Origin: a virus
Taxonomy: Duplodnaviria; Caudoviricetes
Strand: one strand, 5' to 3'
Virus record (IMG/VR): IMGVR_UViG_3300035208_005974
Location: 32,001 to 96,000 of that record
Length of the DNA stretch: 64,000 nt
Shown: one piece after another, positions 30,567-41,092 of the stretch
Layout: every line of letters begins with the position of its first letter
Numbering within the stretch: position 1 is the first letter of the stretch
Notes under the pieces: model-generated
What the model was told of the DNA's origin: nothing
The model's input: the letters and a program-made list of their open reading frames with translations, nothing else
Databases searched by the model: none
Position numbers and translations under genes: made by a program

Positions 30567-30592
30567 CCTCCTAATCATATAAAAAATAAAAT

Positions 30593-30655
30593 GGGAATCG
30601 GAACCCTGTAACGCGGATGACAGCCGCAAATTCTAGGCCATTGAATTACCCGCCC
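30593..30655 (-). tRNA. tRNA-Asp(GTC)-like sequence lacking its 3' acceptor strand
   Basis: GGGCGGG-TA-ATTC AATGGCCTA GAAT-T-TGCGG CTGTCAT CCGCG, followed by a degenerate T arm GGGTTCCGATTCCC. Confidence 0.75.
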
Positions 30656-30669
30656 CACTTAGGCAATGA

Positions 30670-30720
30670 CGCGGCGGGTGGGATTTGAACCCACGTGGAC
30701 CTGCCCGGACCACATAAATT
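30670..30720 (-). tRNA. 3' half of a long-variable-arm tRNA (Ser-like, G73)
   Basis: Variable-arm-like hairpin, perfect T arm GTGGG TTCAAAT CCCAC, acceptor strand CCGCCGC-G; no 5' half upstream. Confidence 0.7.
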
Positions 30721-30943
30721 CCCTGTACCCTTGAAAAACTCGGATAAGCTCAGCAGGGAAGGACGAAATAAAAGGGTATGAGAATAAGTCCATAAAACAC
30801 CCTTGGGCAAAGGGGAAGAGCTTGTGGAGATGCCTTAAAAGGATTAATGAAGCAAGAACCAGGTACCATACTGGATGTCACATTGGTATCGCAAGAATAG
30901 ACGATGGAAGACTACATAAAGCACTAAACTTGGAAGATCTGTC

Positions 30944-31045
30944 ATGAAAAAATGCACTAAATGTAAAAAAGTAAAAATAAAAGAACGTGGTCCCAATTTA
31001 TGTCCGGCATGTTTAAAAAAAATAGATGAAGAAAATAAAAAATAA
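30944..31045 (+). CDS. 33-aa zinc-finger peptide
   Basis: MKKCTKC...RGPNLCPACLKK. Confidence 0.5.
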   Translation: MKKCTKCKKVKIKERGPNLCPACLKKIDEENKK

Positions 31046-31059
31046 ATATATATATTATT

Positions 31060-31935
31060 ATGAGTCCAACATGCAAGGAATGTGGAAAACAATATGCAAG
31101 AATAAATAATTCTCATATAGTTCATACACACCATATGACAACTGATGAATACTATGAAAAGTATAATTTGTTACCAAGTAAAGAATATTTAGAAGAATTA
31201 TACATCGATAAGTGTTTATCTATTGTATCAATTTCCAAAATTACTGGATGTAATAATAGTAGTATATATAGATTGTTATTAAAATACGATATTCCAAGAC
31301 GAACACTTTCAGATGCAAGCAAGGTAAAAATACCTATTGTACATAAAGAAGATTATGTTTGTGCTTTATCACGTCCAGATGTTATAGAAAAAAATCGACT
31401 TCGGATGATAACAACCAACCCAATGAAAAATCCTGATGTAGTTAATAAATGTATACAAACTCGATCAGACCCAGAATATCGAAAAGCACATAGTGGTATT
31501 AATAGTCCATGCCATGGAAGAAAACCACCAAAAGGTTCTGGAATAGGAAATGGTAGTTATTATATTGATCCAGTGTCAGGAAAAAGAATATGGATGTATT
31601 CTACTTATGAAATAAAATTTGCAAATTATTTATCAAGAACTGGTATTATATGGGAATATGCTCCAAAAGCGTTTGAATTATCACTTATAAATTCATTTTA
31701 TAGACCCGACTTTTATTTGCCTGATTTAAATATGTGGATTGAAGTAAAAGGATTTTGGTGGTTTGTTTCTATAGAAAAAATGAAGTTATTTAATAAAATA
31801 TACTCTACTGAGAATCTTAGAATATTTTATAAAAATGATATAAAACAAATAGAAAATAGTTATAATATTAACGACATATTAAAATTTGGAATATCAGTAT
31901 ATGATCAATGTAACTTATGGAATTCGGGCTATTAA
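31060..31935 (+). CDS. Homing-endonuclease-like PD-(D/E)XK protein with zinc finger and HTH
   Basis: CKECG..H..H; HTH similar to 1665-2672; STYE..YRPDFYL..IEVKG. Confidence 0.8.
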   Translation: MSPTCKECGKQYARINNSHIVHTHHMTTDEYYEKYNLLPSKEYLEELYIDKCLSIVSISKITGCNNSSIYRLLLKYDIPRRTLSDASKVKIPIVHKEDYVCALSRPDVIEKNRLRMITTNPMKNPDVVNKCIQTRSDPEYRKAHSGINSPCHGRKPPKGSGIGNGSYYIDPVSGKRIWMYSTYEIKFANYLSRTGIIWEYAPKAFELSLINSFYRPDFYLPDLNMWIEVKGFWWFVSIEKMKLFNKIYSTENLRIFYKNDIKQIENSYNINDILKFGISVYDQCNLWNSGY

Positions 31936-32038
31936 CAATAATCAACCAAACCGAGGGCCCGCGATGTGCCCAAGTTGCATCAAAAAGGAACTTGCTGCCA
32001 AAAACTATAAATAAACTCAATACTTTTTAGCGATTTCT

Positions 32039-33302
32039 ATGTCTAAAACCCACAGAATATACAATACCAACCATAAATTCCCAAAATTTTCTAAATACCG
32101 CAAGTATAACCCGTTCTGGTATAATCATGACAGTCCGGAAGTTCGGCGCCAATCTAATCGAGACTTTCGATACAAAGAAAAAATCTATTTTAAAAAGTAT
32201 AAGGAAACTCTAATAAAATCTAAAGACCGAGGATGGAGAACGTGGTAAGAAAAACACCATATAATTATATTTTAGACGAAATTACCCAATTGGAAGAAAT
32301 CATTAATGACCTTCCGCCAACAGAAAGAAGTAACCTAGAAAAGCAGAAAAACAAAATAGCCAAAGAATTATCAAAATTACAGAGAGGAAAATAAATGACA
32401 AAACATGATAAAACAAAGGAAACCGAACGGGAAACCGAACAAGAAGAGAATGCTTCCGAAACTCATAGCCATGACATTAGTGGCCCTGACACAGAACCAA
32501 AGCTTCTATTTAGGTTCGAGGACTTTTCAATAACCGTTCTTAATGACACTTATACCATTTCAAAAGAGTATGGCGGCATAAGTGATTCTTGTTATGCTAG
32601 GGTTGCGGTTGGTCGCGAAAAAAATTGGACACTCCTCAATGAAAAAGGCCAAATAATCGATATGGAAACCATCCACGGAAACAGGCCGTTCTTTTGGCAA
32701 GGCAGACTTTCTCCTGGAACATATACTTTGAAGACCGGACGCGGAAGCGACACTTCCATTCACAGAATTCCGGGCCGCCACTTCAATATAGTATTTTCGG
32801 TGTAACCCATGTTCAAAGAAAACATACCAGAACTAGACATGACTGCCGAGGAACTTGCCACCGCCCTCGACGAACTAATAGAAAAAAAATCTAACTTAAC
32901 GCATGCCATCATGGAACTCGATACCAACATATGTTTTATAATATCATTGATTTCCATGAAGTTGCTGGAAAGAAAAAACAAAAAAACTTGTACTTGTGAA
33001 GGCGGCTGTGGCATTACAACTGAAAGCAACGTTGCCGATCACAATAAAAAGATTCTATCTGACTTAGAATCCGGGAAAATTATTTAGGAAGCCTTACCAT
33101 GAAAATTTTTTTAAAGTGTCCCGCTTGCCATAAAGAAACAATCGTTTCTGTGGAAAAGCATCTTTCCGGAAAGAAACTTATGGAACACCTAAAAGACTTC
33201 CAGGTATGTGTTGACTGTGAAAAAAATGGTCTTGGAAAAATATACCTTAATGTAATAAAATTTGACTGGGAGAACATTCTAGAAACTAGTCAACCATCAT
33301 AA
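32039..33302 (+). CDS. Four small hypothetical proteins (32039-32248, 32395-32805, 32809-33087, 33099-33302)
   Basis: Co-directional ORFs; the last has CPAC..CVDC. Confidence 0.5.
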
Positions 33303-33977
33303 TATTTTTTCTGTAGAATACACCATTTTTTAATCCTGGTTGCTCTTTGATCCAAGCAATAAATTCTGTAGTGTTTTCAAATAAAATACATTCTGTATTA
33401 ATATTCATAAAATTGCTTATCAAATGTTGTAAATCATTATTATAACATTCGGTATTAAAACGATTTCCATTATGTAAACTAATCAGGTCGCCGTTTTCTT
33501 TCACTCGGTGATAAAATGTTAATTTATTCCCAGTAGACATAAAAATATTAGAAGCCAATACTATATATCTATATCTATTAAAATTAATAATCTTTAATAT
33601 GCCATTACCATCAAGTCTATAGGTATCCACGATTACTCCCTCATGGAAATAGTCTTCACTTTCCAATCATTGTATTCATATACGCTATCAAATATAATAA
33701 AATGAGTAGTTGCCCATAATGGTTTATATTTCGAACCCAATATCCTAAACAAATTTTGATAATCTCTCAATTCCGTTTGACACAAGTTCACGTGAGTATT
33801 TACAACATTCATAGACGGTATATGATAAAGTACTTTGCTTTGGTTCTCCAGCAGAAAATATGATACCGGTAATCTTTCCTCGTTATATTCATCAACCACT
33901 ACAATAATCTTACTATCAAGGTCATCATTAATTATTGGGAATACGCCATTTGAATCAGGTTTTATAGTTTTCAACAT
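33286..33977 (-). CDS. Two small paralogue-family proteins (33286-33666, 33633-33977)
   Basis: PIINDDLDSKIIVV; minus-strand BRE-TATA at about 34005-34025. Confidence 0.6.
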
Positions 33978-34033
33978 CCATCACCAAGTTAACATTACGC
34001 TTACGTATATTAATAGTTTTTGGTTGCGCTACC

Positions 34034-35599
34034 ATGAAAAAAACAAAACTTGAAAATCCGCTTCCTGTATTGAAGTCACCGATTTTAACCCCTAGTGGTG
34101 ACATTGCCCCCTGGCTACTTGGAGAAAGAGGAGACATTGCAATTAAGGGCGCTAAAGCCAAAAGACATCTCATAGATTTCATGGAATTAGATGGCGCTCC
34201 TATGTGGAAACGGGCCAAACACCTAGAACTTTTATGTTCAAAGTTAGAAGGCGTAGAAAGAGCAGTTAGGGGCTTGCCAAACGGAATACCGCGTCTTATT
34301 GTAACAATGCCGCCACGTCACGGCAAATCGGAAGTTATTTCTAAGAAATTTCCAGCTTGGCTATTAGCTCGTAATCCAGACATTGAAATTATTCTTGCTA
34401 CTTATGGTGCAGAGCTAGCACAAGACCATAGCGAAATCGCTAGGGAAACTTTCAGAGAATGGGGTCCAAAACTTTGGGAAGTACAACTAAGTGATCGAAA
34501 CCAGAGCAAGGCAAAGTGGAAAATAGATGGACACCGTGGCGGTCTAACTGCCGTTGGTATTGGAGGTGCGGCAACAGGAAGGGGGGCGTCATGTTTAATC
34601 GTGGATGATCCGGTGGAAAACGCAGAAGATGCAATGTCACAGACAATGCAAGAAAAAGTTTGGAACTGGTGGCAAACTGTAGCATATACCAGATTAGCGC
34701 CAACTGGAGCAGTTGTCATATTAATGACCAGGTGGGCACAACAAGACCTAGTAGGTAAATTACTGCTAGCAGACAAAGAAAGCGAAAGACCACAAAACTG
34801 GGAAGTCCTGAATTTACCTGCTATCTGCGAAGAAGACAGTGATGTTATAGGCAGAAAAGTTGGTGATGTTTTATGGCCGGAACGATTTCCACTTTCATGG
34901 ATGCTAAACAAAAAAGCGAACATAGAATCTTTCTGGTGGCAAAGTTTATATCAACAAAAACCAATGGACATCGGTACTCAAGTCTTCAGACCGGAAGACA
35001 TGAAATTTATAGATGTCTCAGAAATAGATTTAACAAATTGTTCAATATATGGCGCATGTGATCCATCGGAAGGCGGCAACGATTACGCAGCTATTGTTAT
35101 TGTAGCAGTGATGTCAGATAATACCTGGCTAATTTATGATAGTGACTTATCCGTGGATCCACAATCAACCACAATAACAAAATTAGTTAAGTTGCAAAAA
35201 CAGTATAATTTTAGAAAATTCTGGATAGAACAAAATTCCCTTGGACATGCAAAAAGCGCTCCTGGAAAATCTGTCTTCGAAATTGAACTAATAAATCAAT
35301 TGAATGTCCAAAAAATACAAATGCCATATTCTTTTGTCTGGAATTCCCAAAACAAGGTTGACAGAATACGGTCACTTGAACCTTACTATACCCAAGGCAA
35401 ACTAGCTTTTCGCGAAGACGCCAACAAAATATACAAACTATTAATTGAACAACTAAGATTTTTCCCACTATATGAACACGATGATGGACCTGATGCACTA
35501 GAACTTTGTATTCGAGGCATTATTAAAGACACGTCAGAAATAACATTACCAAGAATTCCTAAAAAAATTATAAGGCTTGGTGGCGGCTGGACAGGATAA
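34034..35599 (+). CDS. terL: Terminase large subunit
   Basis: MPPRHGKS Walker A, LIVDDP Walker B, MTRW, DPS..DY and HDDGPDAL nuclease motifs. Confidence 0.95.
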   Translation: MKKTKLENPLPVLKSPILTPSGDIAPWLLGERGDIAIKGAKAKRHLIDFMELDGAPMWKRAKHLELLCSKLEGVERAVRGLPNGIPRLIVTMPPRHGKSEVISKKFPAWLLARNPDIEIILATYGAELAQDHSEIARETFREWGPKLWEVQLSDRNQSKAKWKIDGHRGGLTAVGIGGAATGRGASCLIVDDPVENAEDAMSQTMQEKVWNWWQTVAYTRLAPTGAVVILMTRWAQQDLVGKLLLADKESERPQNWEVLNLPAICEEDSDVIGRKVGDVLWPERFPLSWMLNKKANIESFWWQSLYQQKPMDIGTQVFRPEDMKFIDVSEIDLTNCSIYGACDPSEGGNDYAAIVIVAVMSDNTWLIYDSDLSVDPQSTTITKLVKLQKQYNFRKFWIEQNSLGHAKSAPGKSVFEIELINQLNVQKIQMPYSFVWNSQNKVDRIRSLEPYYTQGKLAFREDANKIYKLLIEQLRFFPLYEHDDGPDALELCIRGIIKDTSEITLPRIPKKIIRLGGGWTG

Positions 35600-35619
35600 A
35601 ACCATTAACAATGATTTTT

Positions 35620-37611
35620 TTATCCTTTTAACACGTCCCCAAGTTCTGACATTTCTTCTATAATATAGAAAGTATATTCATATCTACTTCCAATAGAATT
35701 ATTGTAACACTCTGTAAGAATATCTAGAACTGTTTTTCCAGTAAGTCCCCATATGTGTATATCATCGTTGCCTTTACCTATTGTGCCGCCTTTTATTTTA
35801 TAATCATTGAATGAATGTTTTTGTACAATTCCATAATAATTTTCATTATATGGTGTATTCACATGGACCAGCACTATTTTGTCATCTAGATTTTCTAGGT
35901 CATAAATTTTTTCCTGGGGATTCTTGAATGTTATCATTATGTCACCTACTAATTACTATCATTGTCTTCATTAACGTGAAATACTTTATCTGGTTTATTA
36001 AATACTTGCATATTAGACACCACCAAACAACTCAAAAAGCACTATCGCATATGCTATAAGCAGCAACAATGCAAATCCAAAAACCTCATAATATAATACA
36101 TCGATTCCGTATATGACTTTCACTATTTGTTCTGCTTTATTTGTGTCACATACAAAAAACATAAAGTTTCTATCCACTACATTATACATTTCATACGTTG
36201 ATTTCATAAGACCTATTTTTGATTTGGGGTCATGATATATACAGCCATGATATAGAATATGTTCTTTATTGTTTATAAATTGTTTGCCTTCTTCCCATAT
36301 AAATCCTATTATTTTAGAGTTTACCATTACATCACAAAACAATTTGTTATCATTATGATTTCCAACATAAACACAAATAACCGTTCTACTATCATCATCC
36401 TCACTTATGTTCGGTATTTCTTTATGAGGGTTATTAATTTCCTGGATCGTCGGATCTATTTTTTGCAGGTCTTGTAACGTTGCTATTGACTTTGTCATTT
36501 AGTTTTCACACCCGATATAACTTTTGGCTACTAAAGCAAATTTCATTCAAGACACATAACATTTCTTCCTTATTTCTTATTACATAAAACATTACATAAT
36601 TATCGCCCATGGCAATTCGAAATTTTGATATTGTGTCTAGTATTGAATGTCCTGTAGTTAACCATGTTGTTATGTCTGGATCATAGCGGGAATTTATGAT
36701 TTGCGTTCCCTTTATCACATATACGTTTTCGCAAACCTTCACCACAATACCTACGAATTTTGAATAACATGTAATTGTATGAACTAATATTATTTGTTTG
36801 GTTATGTCCTCCGAAATGTTAGGAATTTTTAACATTGGATTTTTGAATTTATAAATATCATCGATATGCATTTTTTCGTTTGGATTTTCCAATTGTTCTA
36901 GCATGTCCTTTAATTCATGAAAGTCCTTGGGTATTCTGTCTGTGTCTTCCAAAATTAATTTAATTGTATCTTTCATAACGAACTGTTAGTTCTGCCTTTA
37001 TTTATAACTTTTGGCAGCTATTATTATAAACGTTTTTTAATAATTACTTTGTTATATAAACGTTTTAAGCACTTAAAATCAGTTTTAATTCCGGTGGGTG
37101 TTTTGATATTATAGAAAAAAGATCGTAGGTTTTTATAGTGATTTCTACGTGATTTCGGACTTTAGTATATAAACAAATTCCTGGAAAATTAAGGTTTAGG
37201 AGAAAATATTTTCGATCCCAGTTTTTCTAGTTCGGTTCTTAATTCACCACTAACATCATACGCTTGCAATATGTCGTTAAGATCTGATCGATTTTCTAAA
37301 ACGTAATGAGTCGTAGACCAATCAATATCCCGCATCTTATCATATTCTTTTATTAGAAGATCCATTATCGTACGTCCGTTATTATAAGAATCTGTCCAAG
37401 TAACGGCAGTAGACCATTTATCATCATTATAACTATTTTTGGAAGACCCTCGAAATGATAATGTGCCGTTTTTGTTTTTTATCATATAATTAAGGAACCT
37501 ATTTCCTTCTGGTGTAACCTTATATGCAATGATTATTTTATCGTTGATATCGGTTTCCAAGATTGGTGGAATCTTAATTCTTGGATTACCAAAAATTTTC
37601 AATGTGACCAC
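35620..37611 (-). CDS. Four paralogue-family proteins (35620-35937, 36013-36498, 36506-36976, 37189-37611)
   Basis: Shared NP-x2-KIP-x2-(S/L)E-x-D-x3-KII motif and C-terminal (F/Y)YVI-E. Confidence 0.7.
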
Positions 37612-37615
37612 CTAG

Positions 37616-38364
37616 CTAGCATTCCTCTTTGATGTTTGATAGCAATGATTTCCTATACTCAGATTTCATGTATTTGAAAATACCTGCTATGTGAATAGCA
37701 TCGTGGTCTACTTCATCTATGGTTCTATTAATGTAATCCAAAATAGTTTCCATGTGGTCATTTCTTTCACTTGGATATTTATAATAATAATAATAACTAT
37801 ATCTTTCTATTGACTCCATTACACAACTTGCCAATTCTCTAATAATGGTTTCCTTGTACGTTGAGTTAGAAGTATTTTTTCCATCAACTGGCATTATTTC
37901 ATTACATAGTTCATCAATGAGCTTGTCTACTTTGTCTGCTTTTGCATTGGCTTCCCGGACTCGCCTATCGTGGTTTTCCTTCTTTCTTCTAGCAATTTCC
38001 TCCTTCAAAATATCACAAGATACTTGTTCTAGCGGCATGTTTTTTATTACTACGCATTCTTTGTTTTCGTTGTTTTTATTGCCAAACGGCCAAATTCCTA
38101 GTTTCATGGTACTCCCTTCAATGTCTTTATTGCGTTTTCATGGGCAGCGTGATACTGCTTGTCTAACCATCTACAATACGATCTGCTGGATTCTAGTTCT
38201 TTTTCCAGTTTCTCATATTCCAAGAAGAGCTTTGGAAGCTTCAACGACACCTGATCCGCGAAATCTAAGATAACCAAATTACATTCGGTTCCTGAAGTAG
38301 ACGGATCTCGAATTTTGGCTTCTGTTTCCGCGAGCAATTTCTTTATCTCATCTTTTGTGGTCAT
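37616..38364 (-). CDS. Two helical hypothetical proteins (37616-38107, 38104-38364)
   Basis: Coupled ORFs; start of the second is uncertain. Confidence 0.55.
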
Positions 38365-38434
38365 AGCAGTTATCCTATCTCGAATCTCTTTTCTTTCTCG
38401 TGATTTTTGACCATTTCTAGTTACTTCCTTTTCA

Positions 38435-38502
38435 GCCCTCATCGAAAAGTTAGGAAACAAGGAAAATCTTGTCTCCTGGCTTTCCGGTGTTTTGGGGGCA
38501 TA
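38435..38502 (-). ncRNA. Promoter-proximal long hairpin RNA, copy C
   Basis: TATGCCCCCAAAAC, an imperfect stem of about 22 bp, then GAGGGC; about 20 nt after a TATA. Confidence 0.6.
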
Positions 38503-38524
38503 TTATAAAACACTATGATCGTAT

Positions 38525-38944
38525 TTAAGCTTTTTGGTTACTTGATATGGTATTCCATCGATCTATCAATTCATTGTAATAGTTGCCAGTGATATTAAAG
38601 GTATTTATAATTGTCATCAAATCATCAAGGGATTCCACAATGTAATATATTGTTGACCAGCCCCGTTTTTTCATTTCAGCTTGTTCTTTCAATAATAGGT
38701 CCATTATTGTTTTGCCATTGTTATAATCGTCTGACCATGTAATAGCACCCACTAACCACTCATTTGTTGCATGGTTTTTCATGTTGCCGCGAAACCTGAG
38801 TATAACACCAAAATCGTGTATCATATAATCTACGAAAATGTTTTTATCACTAGAAACTTTATGTGATATGATTATCTTGGTGTCAATGTCACTTTCGCTA
38901 ATCGGTGGAATTCTTTTTGATACATCATAGTCAATAACTTTCAT
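38525..38944 (-). CDS. Paralogue-family protein
   Basis: KRIPPISESDIDTKIII..WSDDYNNGKTIMDLL. Confidence 0.75.
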   Translation of the reverse strand: MKVIDYDVSKRIPPISESDIDTKIIISHKVSSDKNIFVDYMIHDFGVILRFRGNMKNHATNEWLVGAITWSDDYNNGKTIMDLLLKEQAEMKKRGWSTIYYIVESLDDLMTIINTFNITGNYYNELIDRWNTISSNQKA

Positions 38945-39164
38945 GTTAAAAAGTATAAACCCAATTGTACTTATAGTTTTTGGTAATCACACGTATTGAA
39001 ATTCCTTAAAGTATAGTAAATCCTATTACATGAAAAACCGTTATCGGTAAACGTCTCGAAAATTCTCTTAACCCTATTGCAAAATTTTCCCAAAACCAAT
39101 ATCCGTAAATTGTCTAATACGGTAATACGGTAAAAACTTTTTACATACTACTAAAGTTTTAAGC

Positions 39165-39311
39165 TCTTTATATTTTTTACTATAACTACTATATTACTAT
39201 ATAATCAATAACTACTAACTATATTTACTATATTACTACTATATTACTACTATATTACTACTATATTACGTAAGTATAAAGTATAAGTAAGTATAAGTAT
39301 AAGTATAAGTA
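39165..39311. repeat. AT-rich tandem repeats, origin-like
   Basis: TACTATATTAC x4 (39226-39269) plus one copy at 39187; TAAGTA-type repeats 39271-39311. Confidence 0.85.
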
Positions 39312-39423
39312 ATAGATATTGGTTTTTTAAAAAAACTGTATAAATATATTAATAATTTCTATAAATATAGTAAGTCAATGAAAATCAATGTAAATCAGGC
39401 AAAAACTATAAATACTATGATTT

Positions 39424-39447
39424 TAGTATACTTACTATAGTATACTA
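39424..39447. promoter_or_regulatory. Inverted repeat, probable operator upstream of the RHH gene
   Basis: TAGTATACT-N6-AGTATACTA between a TATA and an RBS. Confidence 0.55.
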
Positions 39448-39470
39448 ATAAAATAAGGTGGAATATATAA

Positions 39471-39647
39471 ATGATGACAAAAACAATCAAGTTGAGTGAT
39501 TCAACAAAGGATCGATTAGATAATATTAAAAATGGCAGAACATATGACGAAACAATAAGTTATTTGGTCGACTTCATGGAAAGCATAAATAAACAAATAT
39601 CATTAAGTAGAGACATATTCGAAGAACCAGTAATAATAACAAAATGA
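39471..39647 (+). CDS. Ribbon-helix-helix DNA-binding protein (58 aa, not in the ORF track)
   Basis: MMTKTIKLSDSTKDRLDNIKNGRTYDETISYLV; AAGGTGG RBS. Confidence 0.75.
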   Translation: MMTKTIKLSDSTKDRLDNIKNGRTYDETISYLVDFMESINKQISLSRDIFEEPVIITK

Positions 39648-39827
39648 TTACAATAACATATTTTTTCAGCCGTAAACTATTTATTCTAGTAAGTACTATT
39701 AGTACTTGGTAAAAAGTGAGGTGATGTAAAATGGAAGAAAATGATGTATTTAGTTTGGAATGCGTTGTCGGCACAATTGTTGGCATAATATTGAATGTGG
39801 TCATACTAGTATTATAAGAAGGTTGCT

Positions 39828-40046
39828 ATGAAACAAACTAGGCTTGTAGAATTCCAAAGACCGAAATTTGGGGCATTGCGAAAGCAAGACCGTGAAGCCA
39901 TTTACCAGGCAGTGCGAAATCGATTTGGTCCTAATCATTCAATATCAATGTCCGAACTCGAATATGAATACAAGAGGAAAACATGGCAACCAATTCCGAT
40001 TCCACACTGTTTGGGATATGTTATGTGTTGTTTGTATTGGAAGTAG
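39828..40046 (+). CDS. Hypothetical protein
   Basis: ORF downstream of the palindrome promoter cassette at 39691. Confidence 0.5.
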   Translation: MKQTRLVEFQRPKFGALRKQDREAIYQAVRNRFGPNHSISMSELEYEYKRKTWQPIPIPHCLGYVMCCLYWK

Positions 40047-40105
40047 TATTAATATCAGTTATACTTATAGCTTGTGCGATATTTCATTATTTTATTTGAT
40101 ATTTT

Positions 40106-40920
40106 TTATTTTTTATTTTCTTTAAGTTTTTTCCAAAGTTCTAATAATTCAGTTTCTAGCTCGGTATTTGTTATTTGATTTTGTTTTATGAAGGTTTTTA
40201 ATTCTTTTTTGGATTCTATTACATAATATGACATTTTATAACCTCGTGGCAATAAAAGCTTATATTGCTTAATAATTACATCTAACATTGTTTTGCCCCA
40301 AGCATAATCATTGGACCATATTACATCATATCCATTTTTTATATCATGATCTTTTGTTATTATCATTCCATATTGATTTTTTATCATGTAATTCATAATT
40401 AATATATCATTAATATACATTTTTGATATTATTATTTTGGTTTTTATATCACTTTCTAAAAGAGGCGGAATTTTTGAAACAGGATCTGTAAATACTTTCA
40501 TAGGAGTGTCTCCTTTTGTATGATTTCTTTGTGGTTTTTATTCCAATAATCTGTTAGTTCTCTTCCAAGTTCTTTGTCGGTTAGTTTCCATTTGGCAATG
40601 AAATCTTCTAGATCTTTCCTGGATTCTATTATTATATAGTAGACTACCATGTTTGCTTCGTGAATGGCTTTGATTTCTTTGATAATTAGGTCTAGTAGTG
40701 TTCTGCCGAAGTTATAAGAATCTCCCCACCACAAGACATAATCAAAATCAGTCATTCGAGATCCTCGAAATGTTATGATGTCGTCGTTGCGTTTATTGGC
40801 ATAACTTATGTTTTTGGTTATGAGGTCTGATGTTATTGATAATATTATTTTATCGTTTACGTCGCTTTCTAGGAATGGTGGAATTTTCTGTAATATGTGG
40901 TCGGATGGAATTAATTTCAT
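40106..40920 (-). CDS. Two paralogue-family proteins (40106-40501, 40498-40920)
   Basis: KIPPLLESDIKTKIII and KIPPFLESDVNDKIIL; W-x2-DY-x2-G(K/R)T-x2-D-like motif. Confidence 0.75.
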
Positions 40921-41002
40921 AATAGTTTGTTTAGTGGTTGTTGTATAAATACGTTTTGGTAATAGCTACCAAAACCTTTAAATAGTTTGGCAATAGTATA
41001 GT

Positions 41003-41071
41003 ATGTGCCCAACAAAACAGGCAAGAGAACACAAGACAGCGTTTGCTGTTTTGTTTCTTTTGTTTGAGGCC
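41003..41071 (+). ncRNA. Promoter-proximal long hairpin RNA, copy A
   Basis: ATGTGCCCAACAAAAC, G-U-rich stem 41018-41066, then GAGGCC. Confidence 0.55.
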
Positions 41072-41092
41072 AGAAAACAGGAGATGACTAGT

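Noticed and set aside
30755-30795. Hammerhead ribozyme suggested by GGACGAAA..GTCC
   Set aside because: No CUGANGA core
30720-31990. Group I intron carrying the endonuclease inside the tRNA
   Set aside because: The endonuclease is on the opposite strand to the tRNA piece, P7-like words (AAGTCC, AGACTAC) are in the wrong order, and no 5' exon was found
39165-39311. CRISPR array
   Set aside because: Repeats are contiguous 6-11-mers with no spacers; I saw no repeat-spacer array or cas gene in the window
33286-40920. Diversity-generating retroelement behind the paralogue family
   Set aside because: No reverse transcriptase and no template/variable repeat pair with adenine-specific differences
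41003-41092. N-terminal extension of ORF 41003-41560 (and of 38104-38460)
   Set aside because: The extensions run through the hairpin RNA elements; downstream starts are more plausible
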